NCBI GenBank assembly: GCA_963755915.1
Contig: CAVWLP010000002.1
Span: 1,536,001 to 1,600,000 of the forward strand
Direction of reading: 5' to 3'
Length of the DNA: 64,000 bases
Origin: an uncultured Phycisphaerales bacterium
GTDB taxonomy: Bacteria; Planctomycetota; Phycisphaerae; Tepidisphaerales; Tepidisphaeraceae
In this document: in pieces, positions 1-11,678 of the stretch
Layout: every line of letters begins with the position of its first letter
Position numbering within the stretch: the stretch's first letter is position 1
Notes under the pieces: generated by a model
What the model was told of the DNA's origin: nothing
Database searches by the model: none
What the model saw: the letters and a program-made list of their open reading frames with translations, nothing else
Made by a program: the position numbers and the translations under genes

Positions 1-1223
1 ATGGATGAAACTGAACGCAAAGACACAAGCGAGCAACCTGTAGATCCCAAGCCCCAGCCCTCCTCCGAAACAGACCCCTCCCCCCTCCGCAGCGTCCACA
101 CCGACACTTTCGCCCGCTTGCTCACACGCTTTAACATTTCCCTCGCAGTCACCACCTATCAGGCCGGCAAGCTCGTCCTCCTCCGTCCGCAGGTCGTCGA
201 TGGCAAAGCCCTCGTCAACACCCACTTTCGCAATTTCCAGAAACCGATGGGTTTCGCCTGGGAACGCGGCCACTTCGCCGTCGGCACAAACAGCGAAATA
301 TGGGAGTTTCACGACATCCCCGCCGTCGCCCCAAAATTGCAACAATTCCCTTCCCTGCCCCCATTCGATTCCGTATTCCTTCCCCGCCTCTGCAACATGA
401 CCGGCGACATGCAAATCCACGAGATGGTCTGGCTTCCAAGCTCATCCGCCCACCAATTAACCAAAAAAAACATTTCTCTGAACTCTGGTTCATCAACACC
501 AGGTTCTCCTGCCTCGCAACCCGAAGCGAAACCTATAGTTTCGTCCCCCGCTGGCGTCCCTCTTTTATCACCGCCCTCGCCCCCGAAGACCGCTGTCATC
601 TCAACGGCATGGCCCTTCGCGACGGAACCATACGATACGTCACCGCTTTAGGCGCCACCGACGAGGCCGGTGGCTGGCGAAACGACAAACGCGCCGGTGG
701 CGTCCTCATCGACTTGCACAGCAACGAAATCATCGTACGCGGATTATCCATGCCCCATTCGCCACGCTGGCACAACGGAAAACTATGGCTCCTCGAAAGC
801 GGCAACGGCGGCATCGGCTACGTCGATGAACAAACCGGAAAATACCGCCAGATCTGCCGCGTCCCCGGCTTCACCCGCGGACTCGATTTCGTCGGCCCCT
901 ACGCCTTCGTCGGACTCTCCCAGGTCCGCGAAAGCGCCGTCTTCAGCGGTATTGCGATTGCAGAAATCCCAGAGAAAGACCGCTTCTGCGGCGTATGGGT
1001 CATCGACACAAACACCGGCGCCATCGTCGGTTTCGTAAAATTCACCGACGCCGTCCAGGAAATATTCGCCGTCCAGGTCCTGCACGGTTTGACGTGGCCG
1101 GAAATTCTCAACGAGGGCGAAAAATTCATCGCCGAAACCTACGAACTGCCCGACGACGCACTTCGAAATGTTCCCCCCAATCTGAGACAGCTCGCAGGCG
1201 CGCGTTCGCTTCCCCGACAGTGA
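1..1223 (+). CDS. TIGR03032/DUF4915-family protein (one frameshift near the A8 run at ~463-470)
   Basis: ORFs 1..651 and 300..1223 join into a family-typical sequence: SLAVTTYQAGKL, TGDMQIHE, WFINTRFSCL, APEDRCHLNG, GLSMPHSPR, PGFTRGL, FVGLSQVRE. Confidence 0.85.
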
Positions 1224-1479
1224 CGGCCAATTGGAAGTGCTGCAATTTTCCGTCGCGTCTCTCGCGAGTGACGATCAGAAAAGTTCTGCGGATGTTGTCC
1301 ATCTGTGCGCAGTTTCAATATCCTGTTAAAAAGATTTTTCCCGTTGCACTCCCACAGAGCATTGTTAGACTTCATTCGTTGTTAATCGGTTCATTCTATT
1401 TTTAAGGATTCGCACTTTTCGTGTGGCGGTGGATTCTCTATGCGTTAAATCCCGGCAATTCCAGGGTTAGGAGGCTGCC

Positions 1480-4400
1480 ATGACTCGTTCTCGCATCGGC
1501 GATGGATTGGTTCGTTGGGATACGTATCGCTTGCGCCGAGACAGGTATCGTCGCCGCACCAAGGCGGTCGCCAACGCCGTCATTGAGGCGCTTGAGCTGC
1601 GGGTATTGCTATCGACTTTCTACGTTACCAGCACTGCCGACAACGGCTATTCGAATACCCTGCCGGTGGGGCTGGCGGAAGCCAGCGGAAACACGACGAT
1701 CGATTTTTATCTTCCAGGGTATTCCACCATCTTATTGACCTCGGGTGTGCCGTTGACGGTAGATGACCCGACGGGGACGGTGACGATCAACGGTCCGGGG
1801 AGCAGTTTGCTGACGATAAGCGGGGATAATCTCTGCCAGGACTTCATTGTCGACACGCCGCTGGTGATCGATGGGGTCACAATCAGCGGAGGGAAAGGGG
1901 GAAGCAGCAAAGGAGGCGCGTTCGATGACCCCTCATCATCGCTCACGGTAAGTGGGTGTGTTATCAGTGGAAATACCGCGACTTCCGGTGGAGCAATCTA
2001 TGCCGGCGGAGCCACAAATATCAGCAACACCACGATTAATGACAATTCCGCCACCCTGGGCGGCGCAATCGCAAGCTACGGCTCTCTCTCTCTCAAATGT
2101 GACGATCAGCAGTTCTTCAGCGAGTTCCAATGGTGGCGGCATCTACAGCAATGGTGCGGGGTTGACGGTCAGCGGATCCACCATCTCTCACAATTCCTCC
2201 ACTCAGAACGGCGGCGGAATCTATCTGCACGATGCAACGGCGACGATCTCGTCATCCATGATCGTTTCCAATTCCATCGGCACCAACACCTTGTTTGGCG
2301 GGGGGGCCGGGGTTTGCATAAACGGCGGATCACTCAGCATTTCCAACAGTACTGTTACTGAAAACACCGGCGCGTTTGGCGGCGGTGGAATTGACTTGAA
2401 CGGCGCAAGCGTGAGTGTTGTCGATTCCCAGATCACAGATAATACCGCAGTAGATGGCGGTGGAATCTACGCCGACGGCCCAATAACCGTGACCGGCTCA
2501 ACCGTCAGCGGAAACCAGGCCAGCCGCGCGGCGCGGGAATTTACTTGAACTACATCGTCGGCCAGGGAACGTGCATCATCAGTGAGTGCACAATCAGCGG
2601 CAATATTGCTACAGGACGCGGTGGCGGTATCTACAATTACTATTCCACCACCGACATTTCGTATTCGACGCTATATGACAATTCGGCAAGTTCTGGCGCA
2701 GGTCTTTTCAATTTCTACGGTACCGCCAATGTGACCAATTCGACGATCAGCGGCAATTCCGCATCCGGCGACGGGGGCGGAATATACAACGATAATTCCC
2801 TGACAGTCACCGATTGCACCATCAGCGGCAACTCCGGATCGACGGGGGGCGGCCTCGGCGGGGGCGGAACGCTCCAGGGCACTATCGTTGCCAACAGCAG
2901 TACCCATGGCGGCGACCTGTCAGGAAGCTTCACGGGCTCATACAACTTGATCGACCAGACAACCAGTGACCTCAGCGGATCTAGCAACATTATCAATAGC
3001 CCCGCGGATCTCGCATCGCTCAATAATTACGGCGGCCCCACAGAGACAATGGCGCTTCTTCCGGACAGCCCGGCCATCGGACATGGGTCCGATTTTAATG
3101 GACCGGGCGACATACCGATTACCACCGATCAGCGCGGTTTCCCCCTCGATTCTCCAACGCCCGACATTGGAGCTTTTCAGACGCAACCAACAGCAACACT
3201 TGGCTACTACACCTTTACCGTTAACACTTCCACCGATGGTCCAGTCCAGGCAGGACAGCTTTCGCTGCGCGACGCGATCCGCCTCGCCGATGCGTACGCA
3301 AATTCCACCTCCGACACCGAAACAATCGCGTTCTCCTCGGTATCCGGCAGCATTAACCTCACCCTAGGCGCGTTGGCGATCGACAACACCGCCGGCGAAG
3401 TCACCATCCAGGGCCCCGGTTCCAATGTGCTGACAATCAACGGCGGTAACGACAGCGCCGATTTCACCGTCGCTGCCGGCTCCAAGGCATCCATCAGCGG
3501 CCTAACCATCACCGGCGGAAAAAATCTTTACACCGACAGTTTCGTTTACGGCTACGGCGGCGGAATCGAAAACAACGGAAATCTAACCATCAGTAACTCC
3601 ATTATCACTGGAAATACCGCCATATGGGGCGGCGGAATTCATTCGGCAGGATCCGGCAGTTACCTGAACATCTCCTCTTCAACGATCAGCGACAATTCCG
3701 GCGGCGGAATCTTAACCTATGGAACCGCAATTGTTTCCGATTGCACCATCACCGGAAACAGTTACGACGGTTGGGGAGGCGGGATCTATAATGGCGGAAC
3801 GCTAACCGTCACCGGAACGACCCTTAGCGGCAACTCCGCAAAATTCGGGGGGGGGATCTGCAATTTTGGATCCGCCTCCGTCACCAACTCCACTCTCTAC
3901 AACAACTATGCGACCTCTACCTTGCATGACGGCGGTGGCGAGATTCTTAACAGTTCCACCATCACAATCACCGACTGCACAATAAGCACCACATCCACTT
4001 CAAACCGCGCGTCAGGAATTACCAACGACGGGACCGCCTCACTGGAGGGGACCATTGTCGCCGTCAACAATGACGCCACCGATATTTACGGCTCCTCTGT
4101 TAACGGAACTTACGATCTCGTCACCGATGGAACCGGTGGCCTGTCAAATGACGTAGAAGACCACAATATCCTGGGATCAACTTCCGTTCCGATTGCTGCT
4201 GATCTCGCTCCCCTCACCTACAACCTCAGTCAACAAGGTAACACCGAAACAATGGCGCTCTTGTCCGACAGCCCGGCCATTGGCGCCGGAACGGTAATCA
4301 GCGGCGTCCTGTACGACCAACGCGATCTCCCCCGCCCCACAGGCAGTCCAAATCCCGACATCGGCGCTTATCAAACCCTCCCCGCCACCCTCATGATCAA

Positions 4401-7400
4401 CGGCGCCGGCGATGCCACCACCAACTCAACCTACGATCTCACCCTATCCGCACAGATGCCTTACGCTCAGCCCTGGCAGATCACAAGCTGGCAAATCAAC
4501 TGGGGCGATGGGGATACCCAAACCCTTACCGTGGGTTCAACCCTCAATCCTGGCTTCAATCCAGCTTTCGACATTGTCCCTCACACCTATTCCCTCACCT
4601 CCGGCGTAGTCGAAATAACCGCAACCGCATTTGTCGGTCTCGGCTCATTCAGCTACGCCGCCCCGGAAACCCTCACCGTCGCAATGAACTTCGCCGCCTC
4701 CGGTGTTGGAACGATTCAACCTACCCAGAGTTCTCCCTACAGTGGCACGCTCGCAACTTTCCAGGGCAACACTAGCGGAACCACCAGCGACTATTCCGCA
4801 ACCATCAACTGGGGCGACAATACCAGCTCCACCACTGGCACAATCACCTACGACGGAAACGGCAACTACGACATCACCGGCAACCACACCTTCGACCTCG
4901 AGGGAACCTTCGGTGTCCAGGTCCAGATTTCCGAGACGGACGACACCGTACAAGTCAATGACACCGCCGAAATTGCCGTCATGCCTCCGTCCACGACTCC
5001 GACGATCACAATTCCCACAAACCTCCCGGAATTCCCCGAAAACCCCGACATTCCCCGTGCCAGCTTGCCCAGTGGCATGAACTACTGGAGCCCCGACCTT
5101 TCAGGCACCGCAGGTTCAACGTCCCCCATCATCGCCGCCTCAGACCCCACCGCAGGCCCCGATCAGACCATCACCGTCACGGGCGCGCAGTTCACTGCAG
5201 ACCCAAACAGCCCCTACGATGACACCCAGTTCATCGTCTATGGCCAGACGACCTCTTCTAACGCCGTCTATACAGACGCCCAAATACAGGATCCCACAAC
5301 CAACGGGGCGCTGGTTACCCTCAGTTCATCGTTGCCCAACAATTCGATGTACCTTGTCTGGGCGCTCAACGCCAATGGTGCAAGCACGCCCATTGCCATC
5401 AATAACACCACGCCATGGTGGGTCGAGGCACCAAATGAGCCCATTGGTGATACCCAGAATGCACAAACGGTTGATGCCGATACGGGTCAGGAGCTGGCGA
5501 TCTACGGCGAAAACCTCTCCAACCTGGCAACTTCGCCTCAATCGTGGGTCTATTTGCAGACGTCAGCCTACGAAGGCGCGTGGGCAACGAATGTCCATGT
5601 CGTAAGCCCCAACGAGGTGACGTTTGACGTTCCCGACGACCTCGAGCCGGGAACTTATGAGGTGTGGATCAACAATGGCCTGGGTGGGGTATACAGTTGG
5701 GCCCAGGCTCCGACTACCGTCGATGTCGCATCGTATTCCTCTCCCTTAACTTCAACCGTTACTGCAACCATCGGCGGTACTATTACCGGCAGCACTTACA
5801 CTTTAACCGGAAACGGCAGCACGAATGACTACAACGCACTGAACGCCCTCTTGACCTCCATGGTCAGCGGCGAAACTCTGATACTCCCAGCCGGCACATT
5901 TCTCGTGGCCGACGGCTCGGACCAGACGTCCCAATTGGCTATTCCCACCGATATCAAGGATATCCAGATTGAAGGCGCCGGCCAGGGCCAGACCACGATC
6001 CTCTTTACCGGCCCCGTTGCTGACGTCGGTGGAAATCAATTTGCGTTTGGTCAGTTAGATAGAGGCGATGGAAATATCGAAATCGATAACCTGACCTTTG
6101 AGTATGACGGAGACTCTGCCTTCGGCTCGGGCCATGCATTGATTTATTTCGAGTTCAGCACCAATGTTGCGATGAATGATGTAACCGTCATTAGCAACCA
6201 GATTGATGCTTTGTGGCCCGCGGGTTCCGTCAATTTCTCCCTGACGAATTCAACCATCATAGGAAACAGCAGCTACATGTCCGGTATCACAGATCTTTAC
6301 ATGAACAATGACAACTTTTTCATGGGATATACAGCCGAGGAAGCTGCGATAACAGGCCAGGAGTTGGGATTCAGCATCACCAATTGCAACATCTACGACT
6401 ACGACGACTCCGTATTCAACGACTCCACATTCAACATTGGCGAAAAGATCGGCAATTATTCGGGCATTTCACAGGGCAGGTTCCTCGATTTCGGAGCAAC
6501 CGGGGACATGTATGCCGGCGACAACACCACCGTCAACCTCGAGGCGAATTGGCCCAATGCCGGAGAACAGCTCAACGCCGAAGGAAACCCATACGCCTAC
6601 TTTGGTTCTTATGAGAGCTCTACCGTTGAGGGCAACGGCACCCAGGAGGTGGAGATCAACACAACCAACTCCCTCCCCAACATGGTCGGTGACTGTATGA
6701 TTGTCGTCGCCGGAGACGGCTTGGGAGAGATGGAAGTCGTTACTGGGGTCAGTCTCTCAGGCAGCACCTACACCTTCACCCTCTCGGCGCCCTGGAATGA
6801 ACCGCTCGACTCCTCAAGCCAGATCGAAATTATCAGCGACAATTACAACAACGCCTTCTACGGAAATTCCCTCTCCGACGCCGTAGGCGGCAACGGCAAC
6901 TCCGGACTCGAACTCTATTCCGGCGGCTACAACATCGCCTTCACCAACAATACCGTTCAAAACACAACCACCGGGGTCGCAATCGTCGCAGTCGGCAACG
7001 GATATCAATCCGACTACTTCGTTCAGGTCATGAACAACCAAATTTACAACACCGACGTCGGCGTCGGCATCCAGCCCACCATCCAGGGCGATTCATCCAG
7101 CATGCTCAACGGCGTCGGAGTCCTCGTGAGCGACAACAGCGCAATCGGTGTCATTAATGGATTGAGTCTCATCTCGGCCGATCTTAGTTACAACCAGACG
7201 TTGCTGAGTGTCTTCCCTGTAACTCTCGCGTCTTTTAGCCACAATTTTATTGCACCCATCATTGAAACAGCCCCCGTTTTCGCCCCCAACTATGATGTCG
7301 TTCCTATCCAGCCCGGTGGGATCGTGATCCAGGGCAATAACCCCGACGTGCTCTTCTACGACAATACTATAATTGAGCCGAACGCCACCGGTGATCTCAC

Positions 7401-7479
7401 CCCTCCCTCCGGAGTTTACTATCAAGACTATGAACTCTCTGACGGCAACTGGAATGGGACCCTCGCCATTTCCGGAGCC
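1480..7479 (+). pseudogene. 5' part of a large planctomycete surface protein (LEPR-xLL motif, polymorphic/right-handed beta-helix repeats, choice-of-anchor Q, CSLREA-like, PKD-like domains), interrupted by IS21
   Basis: IEALELRVLLS motif; repeated GGGIYN/TISGN; NYGGPTETMALLPDSPAI..DQRG..PDIGAFQ; LSLRDAI; WGDG. Frameshifts at ~2090 and ~2527. The reading frame is broken by an IS end at 7480. Confidence 0.85.
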
Positions 7480-7601
7480 TGTCACGGGGCGCGCCAAAAC
7501 CAGCCAGGGCGGGGCGCTTCAAAACCGGCCAATGTGCTGACGTATTCTATACCGCATCCGTTCTATCCGACGCAACTGTTCCTTGAGTTATTGGTCCCCG
7601 T

Positions 7602-8492
7602 TCACGCCGTCTGGCCGGCGGATACCCCCACATCAGAAGACAACGGCGGCTCTGTCACGGTGTCTTCCGGGGGGGAGCACCCTTCATCGCCGGCGGTACT
7701 CCGCCGTCCTTTTGGATTTGTCTTTTCCGGTGTCCCGGATTGGCCTGCCGTGAGCGAAGTCGAATGGCCCCCATGCCGAAGGCGGTAGCTCTTGCCGGTG
7801 ATGTTGATGATCGTGGCGTGCTGCAGGAACCGATCCAGAATGGCCGTGGCCGCCGGCACGTCGCCGATCAGCTTGGCCCAGTCCTCCAGTGGACGGTTGC
7901 TGGTCATCATCGTCGAGCGGTTCTCGTGCCGGCGCATGACGATCTCCAGCAGGCATTCGCCGCTGCGCCGCGGAAGCTGCTTCATTCCCATGTCGTCGAT
8001 GATAAGCAGATCAGGCTTGAGATACCGGGCCAGCGTCTTGTCCTGGGCTCCCAGATCCTCGTCGCCTAAAAAGTCGCGGGCCAGGTCGAAGATGGATCGG
8101 TACAGGACCACCAAGCCGCTCTTGATCGCCTGGTGTCCGATGGCCTGGGCCAAAAACGATTTGCCCACGCCGGGCGGACCCAGCAAGAGCACGTCACGTT
8201 TGTCACGAATGAACTGGCCGGCGGCCAGATCGTGAATCTGTTTGCGTTTGATGGAGGTGTTGAAGGAGAAGTCGAACTCGTCGAGGTTTTTGGTGTCGCG
8301 GAACATCGCCGCCTTGACGCGCCGGCCGATCTGCCGGCTGGATCGGACGTTCAGTTCATCCTGAAGGATCAGTTCCAAAAACTCACTGTGGTCGAGCCGA
8401 TTGCCGGCCGCCTCGCTCAGGCGAACTTCAAGGCTGCTCGCCAGACCTGAAAGCCGAAGTTGCTTGAGCGTCTGCATCAACGAAGGTCTCAT
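7602..8492 (-). CDS. istB: IS21 helper ATPase IstB (outer element)
   Basis: Walker A GPPGVGKS, Walker B LLIIDD, TSNR and ATAILDR motifs. Confidence 0.95.
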   Translation of the reverse strand: MRPSLMQTLKQLRLSGLASSLEVRLSEAAGNRLDHSEFLELILQDELNVRSSRQIGRRVKAAMFRDTKNLDEFDFSFNTSIKRKQIHDLAAGQFIRDKRDVLLLGPPGVGKSFLAQAIGHQAIKSGLVVLYRSIFDLARDFLGDEDLGAQDKTLARYLKPDLLIIDDMGMKQLPRRSGECLLEIVMRRHENRSTMMTSNRPLEDWAKLIGDVPAATAILDRFLQHATIINITGKSYRLRHGGHSTSLTAGQSGTPEKTNPKGRRSTAGDEGCSPPEDTVTEPPLSSDVGVSAGQTA

Positions 8493-8908
8493 GGGGTGGA
8501 CTCCCTTCGGCTCTGCTCAGGGCAGGCCTGTAAAGGTTGTGCGGCAGGCAAAGCCTCCGCTTGGGTGATTGCGTCGCGTACGAACTGTCCGTAATCGGCC
8601 AGTCCGCGGATGATTGGATGTTCCTGAACAAACTCGAAGTGTTGTTGAACCGGCGCGCCGTTTTGGTGTTCGATGAGCTGCCGCAGGGAGCGCAGGTGAT
8701 ACGCGCCATGCCCCAGAGCAATCTCGCAGGCTCGTTCCACGGCCGGTCGCGGCTGCTGATTGGCCAGCGACAGCAGCCCCATCAACACGCGCACGCCTTC
8801 GATGCCGCGATGCTGAAGCATTGACTGCGCCCACTGCGTGGCGTGCGGCCCGATGCATTCGATCCGCTGGAGAAGCCAGGTCGTTCCACGCTCGATGCCG
8901 CTGATCTT
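8489..8908 (-). pseudogene. istA: 3' part of outer istA, separated from the rest by the inner IS21
   Basis: Removing the inner element restores HILPEKISGIERGTTWLLQRIECIGPHA in frame, which is homologous to the inner IstA C-terminus. Confidence 0.9.
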
Positions 8909-9021
8909 TGTCAGGCATCACTTAAATCACGCCACGTAACATCACTTCAAATGCCGCCATTTTGGAGAGGCGCAGATTCGGTCCGTAAGCTTCCCGGCTG
9001 CTCGCCGGTGGGAGCTTGCGG

Positions 9022-10673
9022 ATGTCGAATCGGCTCACAATGGCGGAACATCAGACAATCTTGGGACTTGCGCGACTGAACTGGTCGTATCGCCGGATCG
9101 CCGCGGAACTGGGCATCGACCGGGAGACGGTCTCTCGTCACATTAAATCCGCGGTGATCGAACCACCCGGTGCAGGTCCGCCGGATCCAGATGCCGCCAT
9201 TCTGATTGCCGGGTCCGAGGTCAGATCGGAGGCAAATGCCACCATTCCGATGACCGGGTCAATGCACGGCGAGGCGGAATCTGTCGGTTCAAATGCCGCC
9301 ATTTCGATTACCGGGTTTTCCGGCCGTCACAGCCAGTGCGAGCCATGGCGCGCCGTCATCCTTCAGGGTCTTGAGCAAGGCCTGACGGCCAAGCGTATCT
9401 GGCAGGACTTGGCTGCCGATCATGGCTTCGACGGTCCTTACCAACCGGTCCAGCGATTTGTCCAGCGGCTCAACCGTGCCGGAACCAACGGATTGCCCTA
9501 TCGGCGAATGGAATGCGCCCCCGGCGCCGAGGCCCAGGTGGACTTCGGCAAGGGCGCACCCTCGTCACACCCGACGGCAAACGAACCCGTCCCCACCTGT
9601 TCCGCATCGTGCTGAGCTGCTCGCGCAAAGCCTACAGCGAAGTGACGCCCCGGCAGACCACCGAGCAGTTCATCCGCTGCATCGAAAACGCCTTCATTCA
9701 CTTCGGCGGTGTTCCCAGAACTCTGGTGATCGACAATCTCAAAGCGGCCGTCACCCATGCCGACTGGTACGATCCCGATCTGAATCCCAAGATTCAGGAG
9801 TTCGCGCGTCACTACGGCACCGTCATTTTGCCGACGCGCCCAAGGACGCCACGGCACAAGGGAAAGATCGAACGCGGCGTCGGATACGCCCAGGGGAATG
9901 CTCTCAAGGCCCGAACCTTCAAGAGCCTTTCCGAGCAGAACCAATTCCTGGCCGAATGGGAATCGACCATCGCCGACACGCGCATTCATGGCACCACGCG
10001 CAAGCAGGTGGCGAGGATGTTCGCGGAAGTGGAGAAGCCGGCGCTATTGCCTCTTCCGCCGGGACGGTTCCCCTGTTTTCAGGAAGCCCAGCGGATCGTC
10101 AACCGTGATGGCCACGTGGAGGTGGCCAAGGCGTATTACTCGGCGCCGCCGGAGTTCCTCGGCCGGACCATCTGGGCGCGCTGGGACGGGCACGTCGTCC
10201 GGCTCTTTGATTCTCAGCTTCGGCAGGTTGCCATCCACGTTCAGCACGAGCCGGGACGCTTCGCCACCGATGATCGTCACATCGTTCCCGAGAAGCGCGG
10301 CGGGATCGAACGCGGCGCGGCCTGGTGGATGAACAAGGCCAGCGCCATCGGTCCCCACGCCGGCCAATGGGCTGAAAATGTCCTGAATTGCCGGGGGATT
10401 CACGCCTTGCGCGTGGTGATGGGGCTGGTCAGTCTCACGCATCGCCATCCCGCCAAAATGATCGAACAGGCCTGTCAGGTGGCTCAAGGGCACGGCACCC
10501 ATCGGCTGCGCGACATCCGCAATCTGCTGAAACGATCGGAATCCGCCGCGCAACAGCAACAGTTCGAGTTCGTCGCCGAGCATCCCCTGATCCGGTCGCT
10601 TTCGGATTACTCCCAACTGGTCCATGACGCTTTCGATAACACCCCCGTGGAGGCAAAGCCTCCACTTTTTTGA
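9022..10673 (+). CDS. istA: IS21 transposase IstA (inner; 1-bp deletion at ~9560, probably a sequencing error)
   Basis: N-terminal HTH (RRIAAELGIDRETV), QVDFG, DNLKA, KGKIERG, RIHGTT. Confidence 0.9.
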
Positions 10674-10683
10674 AAGGAGATTT

Positions 10684-11595
10684 ATGAACGAATCGTTACG
10701 AACCGCCCTGACCCGCCTTCGGCTTTCGGGCTTGGCCTCCACCTTGGACGTGCGCTTGCAGGAAGCCGCCGGCCATCAGCTTTCCCACGGCGAGTTTTTG
10801 GAACTGGTGCTTCAGGATGAATTGCTCATTCGCAATGAACGCCTGATCGCCCGGCACGTCAAGATCGCGGGCTTTCGGGAACTCAAGACCCTCGACGAGT
10901 TCGACTTTTCCTTCAACTCGTCGGTCAAACGCAAGCAGATCTTCGAGCTGGCAACCGGCCGGTTCATCCGCGAGGCGCGGGATGTCTTGCTGATCGGGCC
11001 GCCGGGTCTGGGAAAAAGTCACATCGCCCAGGCACTGGGATACCAAGCCATCAAGAACGGATCGGTCGTGCTTTACCGCTCGATCTTCGACGTGGTGCGC
11101 GACTTCCTGCACGATGAGGCCCTCAACCAGCAGGACAAAATCATGGAGCGGTATCTCCGGCCCGATCTGCTCATCATCGACGATATGGGCATGAAGCAAT
11201 TGCCCAAACGCTCCGGCGAATATCTCTTCGAGATCATCATGCGGCGTTACCAGGTTCGCTCCACCATGATGACCAGCAACCGGCCGCTCGAAGACTGGGG
11301 CAAATTGATCGGCGACGTACCGGCCGCCACGGCAATCCTCGATCGCTTCCTGCACAACGCCGAGGTGATCGCGATCACCGGCAGAAGCTATCGGTTGCGA
11401 GACCGTGCCGCGGAGGCGAAGCCTACCGCTGAAAGCATCGAATCCACCAAACCGCGAGGACGCCGGAGTACCGGCGGCGATGAAGGGCTTTCCCCTCCGG
11501 AAGACACCGATGCCAGAAAGCCATTGTCTTCTGGCGTGGGGGTTCAGCCTGCCGAAGCGGCCTCGCCGGTAGTCAACAACTCGGCGTCAATTTGA
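10684..11595 (+). CDS. istB: IS21 helper ATPase IstB (inner)
   Basis: GPPGLGKS, LLIIDD, TSNR; RBS AAGGAG precedes the ATG. Confidence 0.95.
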   Translation: MNESLRTALTRLRLSGLASTLDVRLQEAAGHQLSHGEFLELVLQDELLIRNERLIARHVKIAGFRELKTLDEFDFSFNSSVKRKQIFELATGRFIREARDVLLIGPPGLGKSHIAQALGYQAIKNGSVVLYRSIFDVVRDFLHDEALNQQDKIMERYLRPDLLIIDDMGMKQLPKRSGEYLFEIIMRRYQVRSTMMTSNRPLEDWGKLIGDVPAATAILDRFLHNAEVIAITGRSYRLRDRAAEAKPTAESIESTKPRGRRSTGGDEGLSPPEDTDARKPLSSGVGVQPAEAASPVVNNSASI

Positions 11596-11678
11596 AATGG
11601 GACGGTCGATTGCGATATATCGGACGTGGTGGCATTTGATCCGATGATCGGTGGTGGCATTTGAAGTGATGACTGACA

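Larger units (their letters stand above)
8909..11678 (+). mobile_element. Inner IS21-family element
   Basis: Inverted ends TGTCAGGCATCACTTAAAT and, as reverse complement, TGTCAGTCATCACTTCAAAT. A 4-bp duplication TCTT lies at 8905-8908 and 11679-11682. Contains istA and istB. Confidence 0.95.
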
